A stretch of 64,000 bases of DNA from Paragordius varius (Eukaryota; Animalia; Nematomorpha): contig OZ176052.1 in assembly GCA_964247055.1 (NCBI GenBank), positions 8,308,001-8,372,000 on the forward strand. The letters are read 5' to 3'. Positions 39,382 to 52,944 of the stretch are shown here, piece by piece (positions within the stretch are counted from its first letter, which is position 1; each line of letters starts with the position of its first letter). Made by a program: the position numbers and the translations under genes. Under the pieces are notes generated by a model. That model was not told the DNA's origin. It made no database searches and saw nothing but the letters and a program-made list of their open reading frames with translations.

Positions 39382-39496
39382 TTAAGCTTACTTTCAGGAC
39401 AACATCAGTTAAATTTTAAGTTACAACCTTTCACGGATATAATATTGTTTTAAAAAATATCCTTGTATGCAAATGTAGATGAACAACAATTAAAAA

Positions 39497-41521
39497 CAGT
39501 GGTACTCACCAAAATAAATTTGACGGGCCGAATAAAATATATGTTTTTTTCGAGGGCCATGAACCTTATAATGGCAAATATTCCAAAGCTATTTGACACA
39601 TATGATATTTATACTCTAAATCAGCACAGTGAATTTTTTTGCAATTCGCATGTAAAGCCAGCTAAATACTTGTTTTGCACCATTTAGTTTAAAAAATAAA
39701 AATATTTTGAACCAATAATTTTTGAGAAATTTGGTTTCGCCTCATGACAAGCCAATCTTAATACGTCGTCCATATGATCATCGGTTAAGTGATTTTTGTA
39801 TGTATTCTTGGCATACTTTATTTTTAAATATGCCGTCTCACACGTGTAATTTGAGGAAACAGTTAGGATAACTTGAGCACATTTTTGTATATTTTCATAT
39901 TTATTTGGCACATCTTGCAAAAACTCTACATATTTTTCTTCTCTGCGATTCTCCTTGAAAATAGCGTCCAAAATGGAATTTCATAAATCTAAGAATTCTT
40001 CACGATATGCGTCTGATCAAAACCGAAATGCTCAAATTGCTTAATAACGAGTTTTAAAATATTTCTTAATTCTTAAAATCTGAATTTCATCTCATTAGAT
40101 AAAAATGTTAAATGTCAATTATTAAATTAATCTCCGCGGTAAATTCCATATTTTTCATGAATCGTTATAGGTTTTGGAAAATATAGGAGGGCTTTATTTG
40201 TAAAATCTTGTTTATATATTATTAATTTTTCTTCAAAAGCAAATATTTGATTAGCAAATTGGGTTCTTATTTTCCCTTGATTTGTATTAAAAATACTAAG
40301 TCTAGGTAGGCTAATACACCATTTACTATTAATTTCCTCGTCAATTTCTGTTATCTTTTATAAAAAGAATTTTATATCTTAAAACAAAAAATCTATATTT
40401 GAACATATTATCAAATGCGTAGAGCACATGTTGAATCTGAAATTTTTAATTTGCCTAATTTATGAGAATGGTGGATTCTAAAATGTCTCAATATTGTTTT
40501 TTTTATAATTATCTTGTCCTTACATATAAGGCAGGTAACGACATTATTTAAAATGCCAAAGAATTTTTCTGCCCATTCTTTTTAACGTTTTTTAGCATTA
40601 GATGTCATCCCTTGAATTTATATTATGTTAATTTTTTCAAAAAATAGGAATATAATTTAAATTATGCTATAAAAAACCAATCAAATTTAATGATGGTGAT
40701 TTAAAAAATATTTTATGGGGAACACTTCGATTCAATTTGAGGTATCTAAATACCCCAGACTAAATTTGAGTTAGGATTTTAAAACTACTGAAAGAAACGG
40801 TCCCAATTTAAATTTATGCTTCTATCCTAATAAAAATTATATAAATATGCCAAAATATATAAATAAAATTTTGTTTTGAAAAAAAAGCTCCATATCAAAC
40901 TACTTCACCGCGATTTTTGTTTTACAAAATTTTTACAATATCGTCTCTATTTAATTTTAAGGGTAGAATTAAAACTAATTTTTTATTTAAATTACATCTA
41001 ACATTGATAGAAATAGAAAAAGCGGTTTATTTTGTATTATTTTTAATTTTACCATCGCACACATGTCACGTTAACCAAATTTTTACCTTTCGGTTTTAGC
41101 TTAAAATAAGCAATATCAGTATTTTTGAATAAAACTTTTTCTATATTTCGGTTTATTATTGTCATATAAGTGCAAAATTCCCATGGTTTCAATTCTTTCC
41201 ATTTGTTTATAGAATTTAATTTTAAACAGGCCTGAGGTATTTAACTACCCCAATTTGAATCGAAGGACTAAAATGAATGTGTTGTATCCAAGTGTTAATG
41301 TGGGGATTTTTTTCTACATTTCAAATTGGGTAAAAAATAAAAATTACCAAAATAAAATTTTTAAAAATTAAATTAATATAAAAATCAGTGAAAATTCGTT
41401 TATGTGTATTTTAAAAATTCATCGATAAAAAAATAATTTCAGTATCAATAAGGTCATGGGGCAATTTTAAGGCACTCTTAGCGCCGCATGCGGCCCGCGG
41501 GTCGCGGTTTGAGTACCACTT
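39497..41521 (-). mobile_element. Decayed hAT transposon (Charlie/SPIN/Buster-like) with a nested piggyBac MITE
   Basis: TIRs CAGTGGTACTC / GAGTACCACTT; 8-bp TSD ATTAAAAA / CTTAAAAA (7/8). ORF 39684-39971 is a hAT C-terminal dimerisation domain (YENIQKCAQVIL..SSNYTCETAYLKIKYAKNTYKNHLTDDHMDDVLRLA). Confidence 0.85.
40723..41294 (-). mobile_element. piggyBac-type MITE (copy D), inside the hAT element
   Basis: Full-length copy; TTAA is intact only on the right. Confidence 0.8.
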
Positions 41522-42183
41522 CTTAAAAATGTCGAGACCGATATTTTAAAATATCAAAATATACTTTAACTTAAGATACACTTTATCAAAACTTTGCCAA
41601 ATTAATAATAATAATAATTATTATTTTATGTTCAAGCGCAGGGGTGTCCATCACACGGCCCGCGGACTACATGCGGTCTATAAAATATTATATTTTAAAA
41701 TACAAAATTCCATAATTTGCAGAAATATTGCTATTCAAAAACTAAATTTTATTAATTTTATATTTATATTCCAATTACTAATATAGTTTTTGATAATAGT
41801 TATCTCAAAGTTTTTTGGAGGTATTTCTTGGATTTTTAAATGGCTATATACATTAATGAAAATGTATTTATGGCTAAAAATGTAAATACTTAAATTTAAA
41901 AAGATTTTATTTTATTGAAAAATTTGATAAATTCTGATTTAATATCGTCCGTTTGTGTCAGTCGTTTCTGTAAACCCCAATTTTGGGCTTTAAAATTCGG
42001 TGAAAAACATAAGCTTTTTTGTAGATGACAAAATTTGATTAAGCCTTAACTAGAATAGCTTTTAAAACAGTATCTTAACAAGAATCTTAAGATTTTTAAA
42101 AAGGAAAGATTTTATAGATAATGAAGTTTTATTCAGTTTTATATCAGATGGTGTGTTCTTTGCGAAATGGGTTGAATTAAACT

Positions 42184-45100
42184 ATGATTTTTTTCATAAT
42201 TTTTTCTACTACAATTTTTGCTATAGTTGAACCAAAGGTTCCATTTGAAATCAGGCATCACACAAATGAAGAAATTTTAAAGACATTTATTAATATAAAC
42301 AAAGCTTGTCCTGATATAACCTACGTTTATAACCTTCCAATTCCATCTGTCCTTGGTAACAATCTGACCGTCATCGAGTTTGCAAATCGCCCTGGTTACC
42401 ATGTTCAAAGTAAATAGTTTTTTATATACCTCATAGCTATACCTGAATTTAAATACATTGGAAACATGCACGGGAATGAAGTTGTAGGGAGAGAAATGTT
42501 ATTAAAACTTGCGGCTTATCTTTGCGACGAATATAATAATAATAATAAAGATATTTCAGATTTGATACAGCATACCCGAATACATATATTACCTACAATG
42601 AATCCGGATGGATGGGAAAAGGCTTATACTACGGTCAGAATATTAATAGCATATATATTGATATCAGTTATAATATAGAGCGACTTATGATTGTACATTT
42701 ACTGTGCCAAACAATTATTACCCGCTAAGCTCTAAATAAATTATTTTATATTTATTGTTATATTTTGTAATTCCGCCTGAATTTTATTTTAACACATAAA
42801 TTGACACAAATCTGTCGTTTATTGGTGAAATCAATTTTACACTAATTTATATCTTATATTCTGCAATGTTTTATTTTATTTAAATTACCCTTTACTATCG
42901 TTTAAATAAATCATTTATGCCCTTGACACTTTTGGCTTAAAACTAAAATAGTAGTTTTTGGCTCATAATTTAACTGGAAAGATTTTATTTATATTTTCAA
43001 ATATTTATTCCCTTTTCTGACAAGTTTAGTTTTGTATATCACCTCATTAACCGAATTTCGCATTTTGCATTGTATATACAGCTTTTACTTTTAAATTTTT
43101 ATAAATGCCATAATTTTAATTATTAATTTTAAAATATATTAAAACATTTGCATGCCTGTTTAATAAATTATCCTATACTGTTGTGAGAGAAAAATAATGT
43201 CACCACTTTAAGCATTATGGATACTTTGACACCTTTGACATGTTTTGATAATTATCTTTCATCACCAAAATTTACGTCTCATAAATTACTATAAAGTTGC
43301 TCTTGTTTTTTTTCATATGCACATTCTACGTTTTAAATGACTTTTTAAACTTTGACAATATTTGTCACAATAATTTTCTAAATATTAAAAAAAATATACG
43401 ATTATATTTTGTTATATAATACAGTTTTTTTGCCAAAAAGGCATGTTCAATCTCGAATGTTGAAAATAAAATTACTAATCCTTGATTTTTATTCTTCTTA
43501 AAGTTTTCTATGTGTTTAGTTTCTAACATTTTTTTTTCATGTTAATATTTTAGTTAAACAGAGAGGACAATTGGTTAGTCGGACGTGGTAATGCTAGAGG
43601 AGTTGATCTTAATCGAAATTTTCCAGATTTAAATCAACTTGCCTATATGAATGAAGGCACATTACCTCGACCCAATTCACATAAAACCTTCTCTAGTGTA
43701 CGCTCTACTAATCGTCTCTTATCAGCTATGAAACGAAACAATCACTTTTTTGATGATTACCCACCCATGCAAAGAAAGGTAAAATTATTATTTTGTTAGC
43801 TGACATTTGTTAGCTACAGGTTTCTCGGTATTTTATTGGGTTTGTAATAATATATTAATGTGATTGATACAATGTTATTTAGTGCTTTAATCTGATCTTT
43901 ATAAAAATATCCGAAGTTTTTGTATTAATTTGGAGAGTCAATTAAATTTGCCAAAAAATATTTTTGATAATTATAAGCTTTGTTTATTAAGTAATTTCTA
44001 TTTTTACGCTTTAATAGTAATGCTATGATTCCGATAAAAAGTATTATATTACAACAAAATATGAAATGAAATATCTTAAAATAATGCAATGATTGTACGC
44101 AATCCTGCATAAATTATTTATTCAAATATTTATCTACAATATATTATCTTGTCTGAAGGTATAATAATTTGGGGCACTCTACCTAAATGTGTACATAAGT
44201 TATAAATGGCTATTTTTATCATTTTTCAATCACATTTTTCTCTTTAATTTTTATGTTTAATTATCTAAAAATAATTATTGCAGTGAAATATATTGACAAC
44301 TCGATATAAAATTTTGTTATATAAATTGGGCTAGTTTTGATATGAAATTTTTTAATTCAAAGTTGTTAAATGTTGTTAAGCTATTCTTATAATATAACCT
44401 ATTACAGATACTTGCATTACTATGAGGATAAGAAGTTAACACTTTGATTTAAATTGGGGTATCTAAATACCGCAGACTTTATTAAAGTTAGGATTTTTGA
44501 AAAATTATTGAAGGAAACGGTTTCAATTTAAATTTATACTTCTATCCTAAAATAAATTATATAAATATGCCAAAACATTTGAATAAAATTTTGTTTCGAA
44601 AAAAGTTCCGTGTCAAACTACTTCGACGCCATTTTTATTTTAATTTTTGCAAAATATCGTCTTCATTTAATTTTAAGGGTAAAATTAAAGCTAATTTTTT
44701 ATTTAAATTACATCTAACATTGATAGAAATAGAAAAAGCGGTTTATTTTGTATTATTTATTTTTACCATTTCAAACATGTCACGTTGACGAAATTTTGAC
44801 CTGGTTTTAGCTTTGAATAAGTATCATCAAGTATTTTTTAATTAAATTTTTTATAAATGTCGGTTTATTAATGTTATATAAGTGCAAAATTTTGCCATGG
44901 TTTCGATTCCTTCCATAATTTTTAAAGTATTTAATTTTAAACAGGCCTGGGGTATCCAACTACCCCAATTTTAATCGAAGGACTGAAATGAATGTGTTGT
45001 ATCCAAGTGTTAAATGGTATTTACATGTGTTGAATTTTGACTTTATATTAATCATGCTACTTTGTACAATATCGTAGAAAATAAGTTCCAATATATGATG

Positions 45101-47883
45101 TAGGGTATATTTTTCATTATTACTGTGTTGTAAAGCTATATTTCTAATACGTTTATTCAATAGTAAAAAATTTCCAATTTCCAATATCTAATCATCTTAT
45201 CACAATTTAAATGTAATTAATTTTGTATGCATATTTGTTTGGTTCACCTGTAGATGCTGCATCTATTATTTATATAATATGTAAGAAAAAATTATTGATT
45301 TTTTATTTGGCCACATATAATATACTTCCTACAACGGATACATATAATATTTGAGTAAACTTGTTTAGTATATTAAAATATTTAATAGTTACTATTTTTT
45401 GGAAATTTCATAAATAATAGTAAATTTGTTATTTAAGATACATATATCAGTTTTATTGTCATTTAAACCATGGCAAACTTTAGTTTATATTTCTAATAAA
45501 TATGCCTTTTGTCGAAGTAACTAATGTAAGGTAACCTATATTGTAATGCCAGGCTATTTCATCTTATATATAAAATAAAAATACGATTCCGATTAAAATT
45601 TTAAAATGCGAGAATATTAAATTATTCGTTTTAATAGTCCAACTACTTGGATTCTTCTAATGTGTTATGTGTTTATGGGGTATATAAATACCAATACAAT
45701 GTTAGATATTTTATATACAGTAGCGTATGCAGTAAAAGATTGTTAGTGCAAATAATCTCAATGAACACAAAACAGGGGGATATGTTTATAAATAGGACTG
45801 AATGATAATTATTATATGAAAATTATCCCCCTGTTTTGTGTTCATTAAGATTATTTTGCACTAACAATCTTTTACTGTATACGCCACTGTATATTAATAC
45901 TTGTCGTTATTTCCAGCTTTAATATTCACTAGCATATAGCTTTTTGAAAAAAATACGAGTAAAAAAAAGCTTCTATATTATGATTAAAACCCTTTCTAAA
46001 ATATATAGAGAAAGATTAAAATTATTTTTTAATTTGTAAACCAAATGTCTGATTTCACATTTTTATTTGTATGCTGTTTTTTATATTTAGTCTATGCCTT
46101 TTGATCATGTCTTTGAAGATTATGAATATAATTATTGTATTTATAAAATATTATGGGATTGTAAATAAATTTACAGAAAAGATATTATACAATATTTATT
46201 AGCTTGAACCCGAAACAAAGGCCGTCATTATTTGGATGTTTCAAATACCCTTTGTCTTATCCGCCAATTTACATGAAGGTGACCTGGTTGCCAATTATCC
46301 TTATGATGAAAGTCGTTCGGGTTCGGAAAGGGAATATTCAAAATCACCAGACGATGCCATGTTTAAGTATGCACATAAAAACTTATAAACAATTTATGTT
46401 TAAGCTTACGATTTTTTTGAAAATGTATATATATAAGTTTCCATAATTTCAACCTCAAGATAGCTTATTCACACTATAGTTGGTCAATCGGCAACTAAAT
46501 AGATTATGGAAAAGAACCACAAAATCTCGAATAAAGATTTAAGTTAGGAAAAAATTCTTTATTCAACAATTTGTGTTTTTTTCCATACACTCTTGTGTTT
46601 CCATTTCACCAACAGCCTATAATGCATACTGTAATTTTAACAATTTTGGCCTTTAGATATTTGGCTAAATCCTACTCCTTGAAACATCCAGAGATGGCTG
46701 ATTCATCAAGACAATCTTGTCCTTTTACAACGGAAAATTTTGGAAAACAGCGAGGAATAACTAATGGGGCAGCTTGGTATAGCGTAGCTGGGGGTATTCC
46801 TTAATAATATTTTTTTAAAAAAATACATTGGATTCTCTTAATAAGGTAAAAGATGGGCAAATTTCGCATATCACCTCTTTAAAGAAAAATAATTATACCT
46901 TTTAGCGATTGTATCAAACAAACTAATATTTAATTTAGCTATCGCTTAATTATCATGAGTTAATTATCTTAAAGCGCTTGAATTTACAAAGAAACTTTTT
47001 AATTGTAGTTTTAGAAAATGTTAAAAACTATTGGGTAGTTAAATGACTGTTTACAGCCTTACATAATTATTATACTATATGTATAATTTAACGATTATAC
47101 CCAATTTATTTAGGTATGCAAGATTTTAATTATTTGGCCACCAACGATTTCGAAATCACTTTAGAATTGAGTTGTCAAAAATTTCCGCCAAGCCGTACAT
47201 TGGTGAAAGAATGGGACAGGAACCGCGATGCACTAATTAATTTTATATGGCAGGTAAAAAATATTTTGGAATAACCAACTTATTCAAATTCGTGTGAAAC
47301 TAACTATTATTATTTCACTGCCCAAACAAGCCTAACTTTTATAATTATAAACATTATTTTTTTAGGTGCACAACGGTATTAAAGGTGTTATCTATGATGC
47401 TTCAAATGGAAACCGAACCATTCCTGGCGCAATTATTCGTGTGCGTAATATAACAGCAGGAATCGAAAATTCTGTACCAATCAATCATGATATAAAATCT
47501 AGTAAAATATTGTTTACATATTTTATATAAATAACATTTGAATATAAAATGCCCTTTTTATTAACTGTGGTATGAAAAACGCTTTATAAATATATATGCA
47601 TTATCATAGTTAAATTGAAAAAAAAGTGATTTAATTATTGAATTAATAAGAGAGTGAATTGTTTTATTGTTATATTTAATTTTACAAAAAATTAATATTT
47701 ATTAATGTAGCCCTTTTTGGTGATTATTTCCGACTTTTACCGCCACTAACTACTTATGAAGTAACAGCTTTTTCTCGGGGCTACACTCCACAAACTGTGC
47801 AAGTCACGACACATGGACCCAAAGATCCAGCCAAACCACCCGAAAATACCGCTAAAATTGTTAATTTTTATCTCAAAAGGTAG
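42184..47883 (+). CDS. CPE: Carboxypeptidase E (peptidase M14B, neuropeptide-processing)
   Basis: Signal peptide; [97 protein letters not shown]; transthyretin-like C-domain (GDYFRLL). The Zn ligands and catalytic Glu are present. Stop TAG at 47881-47883. Confidence 0.95.
44440..45009 (-). mobile_element. piggyBac-type MITE (copy E) in a CPE intron
   Basis: TTAA|CACTTTGATT...TATCCAAGTG|TTAA. Confidence 0.85.
45718..45889. mobile_element. Tc1/mariner-type palindromic MITE in a CPE intron
   Basis: TA|CAGTAGCGTATGCAGTAAAAGATTGTTAGTGCAAA...TTTGCACTAACAATCTTTTACTGTATACGCCACTG|TA; ~65 bp arms. Confidence 0.85.
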
Positions 47884-48489
47884 GTTAATTTCTTCTCACT
47901 CAACGCTATAACGATTTGTTCTTTTACCAATGCCTTTACCTTAATTTTTAAGAAACGATTATTAAAATTATACCAATTTATAGTCTCGATTTGAAGTTAA
48001 AGGGGACATTTTTGTTTTTTAATCACGTAATGAGAATACTTGATATGCAAAATATTTAAAAGGGGCGAAGAAATATCTAGGGGGGTTTGGAGGAGCCACC
48101 TTATTATAACAAACACAATGTTTATAATTATTTGATAATTGGTTTATTTATTATTATATTTTTACAAAGTTACAACATTGGGAAATAATCATTATTAAAG
48201 TGTTTAATTAACACATATTGTATCCAAATTTTTTCTTTTGCTGGTGCTTACTAAATATTATAATATATAATAAATAAAATAGCATTAAAAAGTTAAAAAT
48301 GCAAACGTAAGGTATTATCAGAATAGATTTAAATGTAAAGCCTAGCTTTTTTGTTCACGCCCCATGAAATTAAAAAAATCCACCGCTCCCCCTAAATATA
48401 CAAAGATTAAAATGCAAAATTTATTATAATATTTTAATAATCATAATTAGTGAGATTATTGTATCCGCAAATGTTGACATACTTTTTTC

Positions 48490-49230
48490 CATATCGGGGA
48501 GAAATCTTTATAATTTGCATCTGAGATCCTTATTCAATTTGTTTTATTTTTTATTTTAAACAAATTTCAAAAAGTATCAAAATACGTAAGGATGTTAGAT
48601 ATTTTGGATACAGGTTAAGCGCTTATCCAAATAGATATTAAGATTAGCAAAGTAATTCATAAATGAATCTTATATTAACTCTATTGCCTCTTCATGTACT
48701 TATATCGTAAGAATATTTACATCAACTGTAAATGGATTTATCGTTAAGTTTACTGAAAGATCCAGAAATTATTTAACAAATCCTTTCACAAAAATAACCA
48801 AATGATCATCTATTGAAATAATAAATGTATTATTAGATATAATGGACTTGTAGATCGAAATTTTTGATTGAAATAGATTTCAAATAATCAACTAAAAAGG
48901 AGAATCTTATTTGAAAATTTAAATTCGAAAAAATAAAATTCCAATTTGCTTTGATCGTCTAATAAATAAAGCCTAATTTTTCAATTCTTATGGGCCCACT
49001 AGTCTCCCCTTAAAGAGCCATGTAATATTAGTATGAAATAACTCCTGAGACAACCGATATTTCTTCGCATAAGAGTTTGAATATCTAGTATTAAGGGCGC
49101 TACTTTTAAATTCAATGAGTTGTTAAACCCGCTTTGCTCACGTCGCTTTAATTGATCTCGGGTATTGATATTCATCCCCACGGTTAGATTCAAATTATCG
49201 AATAATGCTATCTGAAGGCGTAAGATAACA
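48490..49230 (-). pseudogene. Decayed hAT transposase fragment (minus strand)
   Basis: Minus strand reads WLFKGRLVGP*ELKN (cf. RWLSKG.VL.R..ELK) and is collinear in inverted orientation with 49580-50330. Confidence 0.65.
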
Positions 49231-49289
49231 ACGGACAATCTTTCAAACGTTAGAGGCAGATAATAATTTACCTTTTTTGTTTAATGGTA

Positions 49290-50464
49290 AGAGAGCACAG
49301 ATATTTTTCAATCGTAATTTTACGCATATTTGCAATGAACAAATTTTGGAAGTTTTTATGTTTTCAGAATAATTATTGGCCACTTTTAAATAGGTGAATG
49401 CTTCGGCTTGTGTTGATAATTTTTTTCAAGATGATTTATCTCGGGATAATTTAATCAGCATTACTGATGGTGCTCCACAGATGATTGGTTCACGATCCCT
49501 TTTGTTAACATACTAGTTTTGGCCGCTAAATCGTTGCCAAAATATCTAAATTATTTAAAAACATTTATCGAAGGGTATTTTATTAAAGTGGCGCTTTTAT
49601 ACTAGAATATTCAAACTATGCGAATAGTTATCTGCTGATCAACAGCACTTATTTTACCATGAAATAAGGTGGCTCTCTAAGGAGAACATGGTACAGCGTC
49701 CATAAGAATTGAAAAACGAAATTTTATTTTTTTGGGCGATCAAAGCAAATCGGAACTTTATCGTGATTTTTTGAATTTGGATTTTCAACTAGGATTTTCC
49801 TATTTAGTATTTTTAACAATAATTGTAATAATTAAAATTTGCAAGGCGGGATTTGATTAACGCATTTATTCCAAAACTGTATTTATGGATTTCAAGAGAG
49901 TATAATATTTTCCGATCTTTAATTCGACCTACAAGTTAAACTACATTCATTATTAATTCAATAATTGATCATTCAGAATTTTTTGTAGAGAAAATCGCTA
50001 ATTACTTTCCAGATTCCTTATTTGAAGGTTGTTATAACAATACATCCATTTAAGGTGGAAATAAACACATTTCTGAGAGAAGTACTGTAAGAATTGGAGT
50101 TGAAATATGATTCAAGTATTAAAAATCACTTTGCTGATCTTAAAATCGACATAAAAACCAATCTGTATTCAAAATATCCTAAATTGCCTTGCGTATTTCG
50201 ATACCTTTTGGATCAATTTATGTGAAACTAGATTCTGAGCATTGGATCAATTAAAAAATTTAATTGACAAATAAAAGGTTAATGAAGATCTCAGGTGCAA
50301 ATCATCAAGATTTGTCCCTGATATCAAAAAAAACTTTCAACGATTGCAGATACAAGGATCTCATTGATTATAATTTTTATATTAATTAAATAACTTTTGC
50401 ATCTTTGTTTTTTTTTTGGAGAAATGAATATGTTGGGTTCTGTAAAAAAAGGTTTGGAACCACT
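49290..50464 (+). pseudogene. Decayed hAT (Buster/ZBED5-like) transposase with 3' TIR
   Basis: ITDGAPQMIGSR, HEIRWLSKENMVQR..ELKNEI, YPKL...CETRF; ends GGTTTGGAACCACTG (reverse complement CAGTGGTTCCAAACC). Confidence 0.75.
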
Positions 50465-51242
50465 GTTATAGGTTATAAAAGTGTTTTTTGAATTTGCTAA
50501 TTTTATATAATCTAATAAATTCCTACACCATTTCTATCGTTAATATAGAAAATATTGCCATTTACGAATAATATATTTTTCCATCTTTAAAGGTGATTGA
50601 ATTTAGAGGTGATTTTTGATATTACAACAATAAGTACAATACAACAAAGGAAAAATTGATGTTTAATTTTTAAACAATTACTAAATTATTTTCTTAGAAG
50701 CGTCACATTTTGCATTTTGTTAAACAATTTTATTTTTTGGTTTTTACAATCTATTAAATGTTGCTCTAACCATTGTAAAATGTCAAAACTTGAATTATAG
50801 CTCTATTATCATTTTCAAGAACTCTATAAAATAACACATTTTTGCCGTAAAACTGAAATAATTTAGACAAAATGTAAGATTAAAACAAAATTTTTAAAAA
50901 ACCAATTTACTTTTTAAACCTTGATATTTACATAAATAAACTATATACTGTATGATTAAGTCTATATTGCTAGAAAGTTCTTAATTATTGCCAAGTAGCA
51001 TATTTAGCGAAATTATTATTGGCTATAATAGTAAAAACTGAAAAAATAATATAAGCCAATAATACTGCCCTTTGTTGCTTATTCTATTTGGCAATAATTA
51101 ATAACTTTCTACAATGTATATTTACTCATACTGCAATACAGTTGTTAAATGTATAATAAAATTTTAAATATATGATTGTTTTTTTTAAAAAATATTTCTT
51201 TTATACTGTATAATATTAATTTTTACTGCACATAGAAGAATT

Positions 51243-51338
51243 ATGGATCAACAACCTATTAACCAACTTAATAACATTGATGAAAATGGTGAGCCTAATC
51301 TTATGATACCTATTAGACCAGAATCTCCCCCATATCCG
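51243..51338 (+). CDS. Orphan candidate coding exon (MDQQPINQLNNIDENGEPNLMIPIRPESPPYP)
   Basis: Good acceptor TTTTACTGCACATAG at 51235, an ATG, 32 protein-like codons and a phase-0 donor CCG|GTATTA. No partner exon established. Confidence 0.35.
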
Positions 51339-52944
51339 GTATTAATTATAAAGAAAATATTTTAATTTGTTAAATTTTAGAAACGATGTATTTAATTAAA
51401 CTATATGTTTTCATAATGTTTTGGATCAATTATAATTGTTTTATATGTTTTGTATTTTTGCATCTAGATTTTTATGTAACATGGTTGATCCGCACATTTT
51501 TAATCATTTTCGTATTTAAATCATGGTCCAATCTAAAATGCACTTAAAACCAACATTCCTTATACACATCATTCACTATTAACCAAAGAGGACCTAAACA
51601 TATTTTTCACCGTTTCGCTATATTTTTATTTTTAAATTGTATATCTGGTCATATATTTTAAGTGTTGCAATTTCCGATCATATATTATTTATAAAAAATT
51701 TTATTGAGGCTTTTTTGTAACGCTATCGTCATGTTTTACATAAAATTAGAATATTTATTTATTACACAGATGCTGCACTTTAAATAAATTTGTAAATGTA
51801 ATAAATATTTATTATTCATATATAGTAAATTGTATTTCATAAATTTGATTTAATGTAATAGATTTTTATAATATATTTTTTGACATCCAAATATTAATAT
51901 GTTTTAACATAATATTACATATTGGATGCCAATTCTTTTCCATATTAAAAATTCTCTTATTCTACCTAAATAGCTTCTAATTACCATTAAACTTTCTTAT
52001 TGTAAAAAAACTAAAGATTAAACCGATCACATTTCATATTATGATAATTCTCATGATGTGATAATCAGCGAGCTGAGAGGTACTCCTGTCGTTCGATCCT
52101 ATACGTATTTTATCTATCATTTTAATTTTTGGCATATTTTTGGAACTAGTCTACCAGGGCGTCGTTCAATGGCGCATGGAACCAGTGTTTAGAAACTAAA
52201 TAATAGCTTAAAAGATATCATAAAATATACACAATAAAAAGCAAATGAACATAATCATAAATTAGATATCTACATAACTAAATAAACGGAATCATTTAAC
52301 TGTAATTACGAGATTATGATATATTTATCGGAGGTAGTGATATTAGAAGAAGAATAAAAATAATTACGGCTTTCCTAGTATTATATGAAAAGAAAGTTGA
52401 AAGGGGAAAAATATTAGGAATTAAAATTCGGACAAAAAAAAGTATAATGAAATATTTAACTCATAAATAGAAGTTGTCATTTTCAATTTAACAGTTATTA
52501 TCTTAAATTAAAGAATATAAAAATCAAAAAGAAAACAAAAACAAATAAAACTCAAAATTTGCAAAAGAGCATATGAAATGTATGTATATTAATGATATAT
52601 ATTCTATCATTTTTTGAACTAAATATAATAAGTAAAGTAAAAAATTTAAAAAATAAAGATCGAAAAAGGGAGATTTCTATATATGTCTTGGCGCCAGTAC
52701 TACCGGGCGAACAAGATGATTTTAAGATACATATATATTCAGTATTTAGACCGACCATTGAGAGAATTTAGAAAATTGAAGTAGTTTGTATTATAATAGA
52801 TTATCTTAAATTTAAGAAGATAAGAGAACAACAGAAAAAACAAGAGACACATCTTGGCTTGAATCGAGATCACCTGGTAATTAGGCTAATTAAAGTAAAT
52901 GCGGCGCCACACGTGCGACCGAGCGGACAATTAAGGTACTTAAT

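Noticed and set aside
42410-42436. TAG readthrough or an alternative genetic code instead of tiny introns
   Set aside because: The 22- and 23-nt cases shift frame, so recoding cannot explain them; CPE homology length fits exact removal; and TAG terminates CPE, ELAV and DLGAP5 normally.
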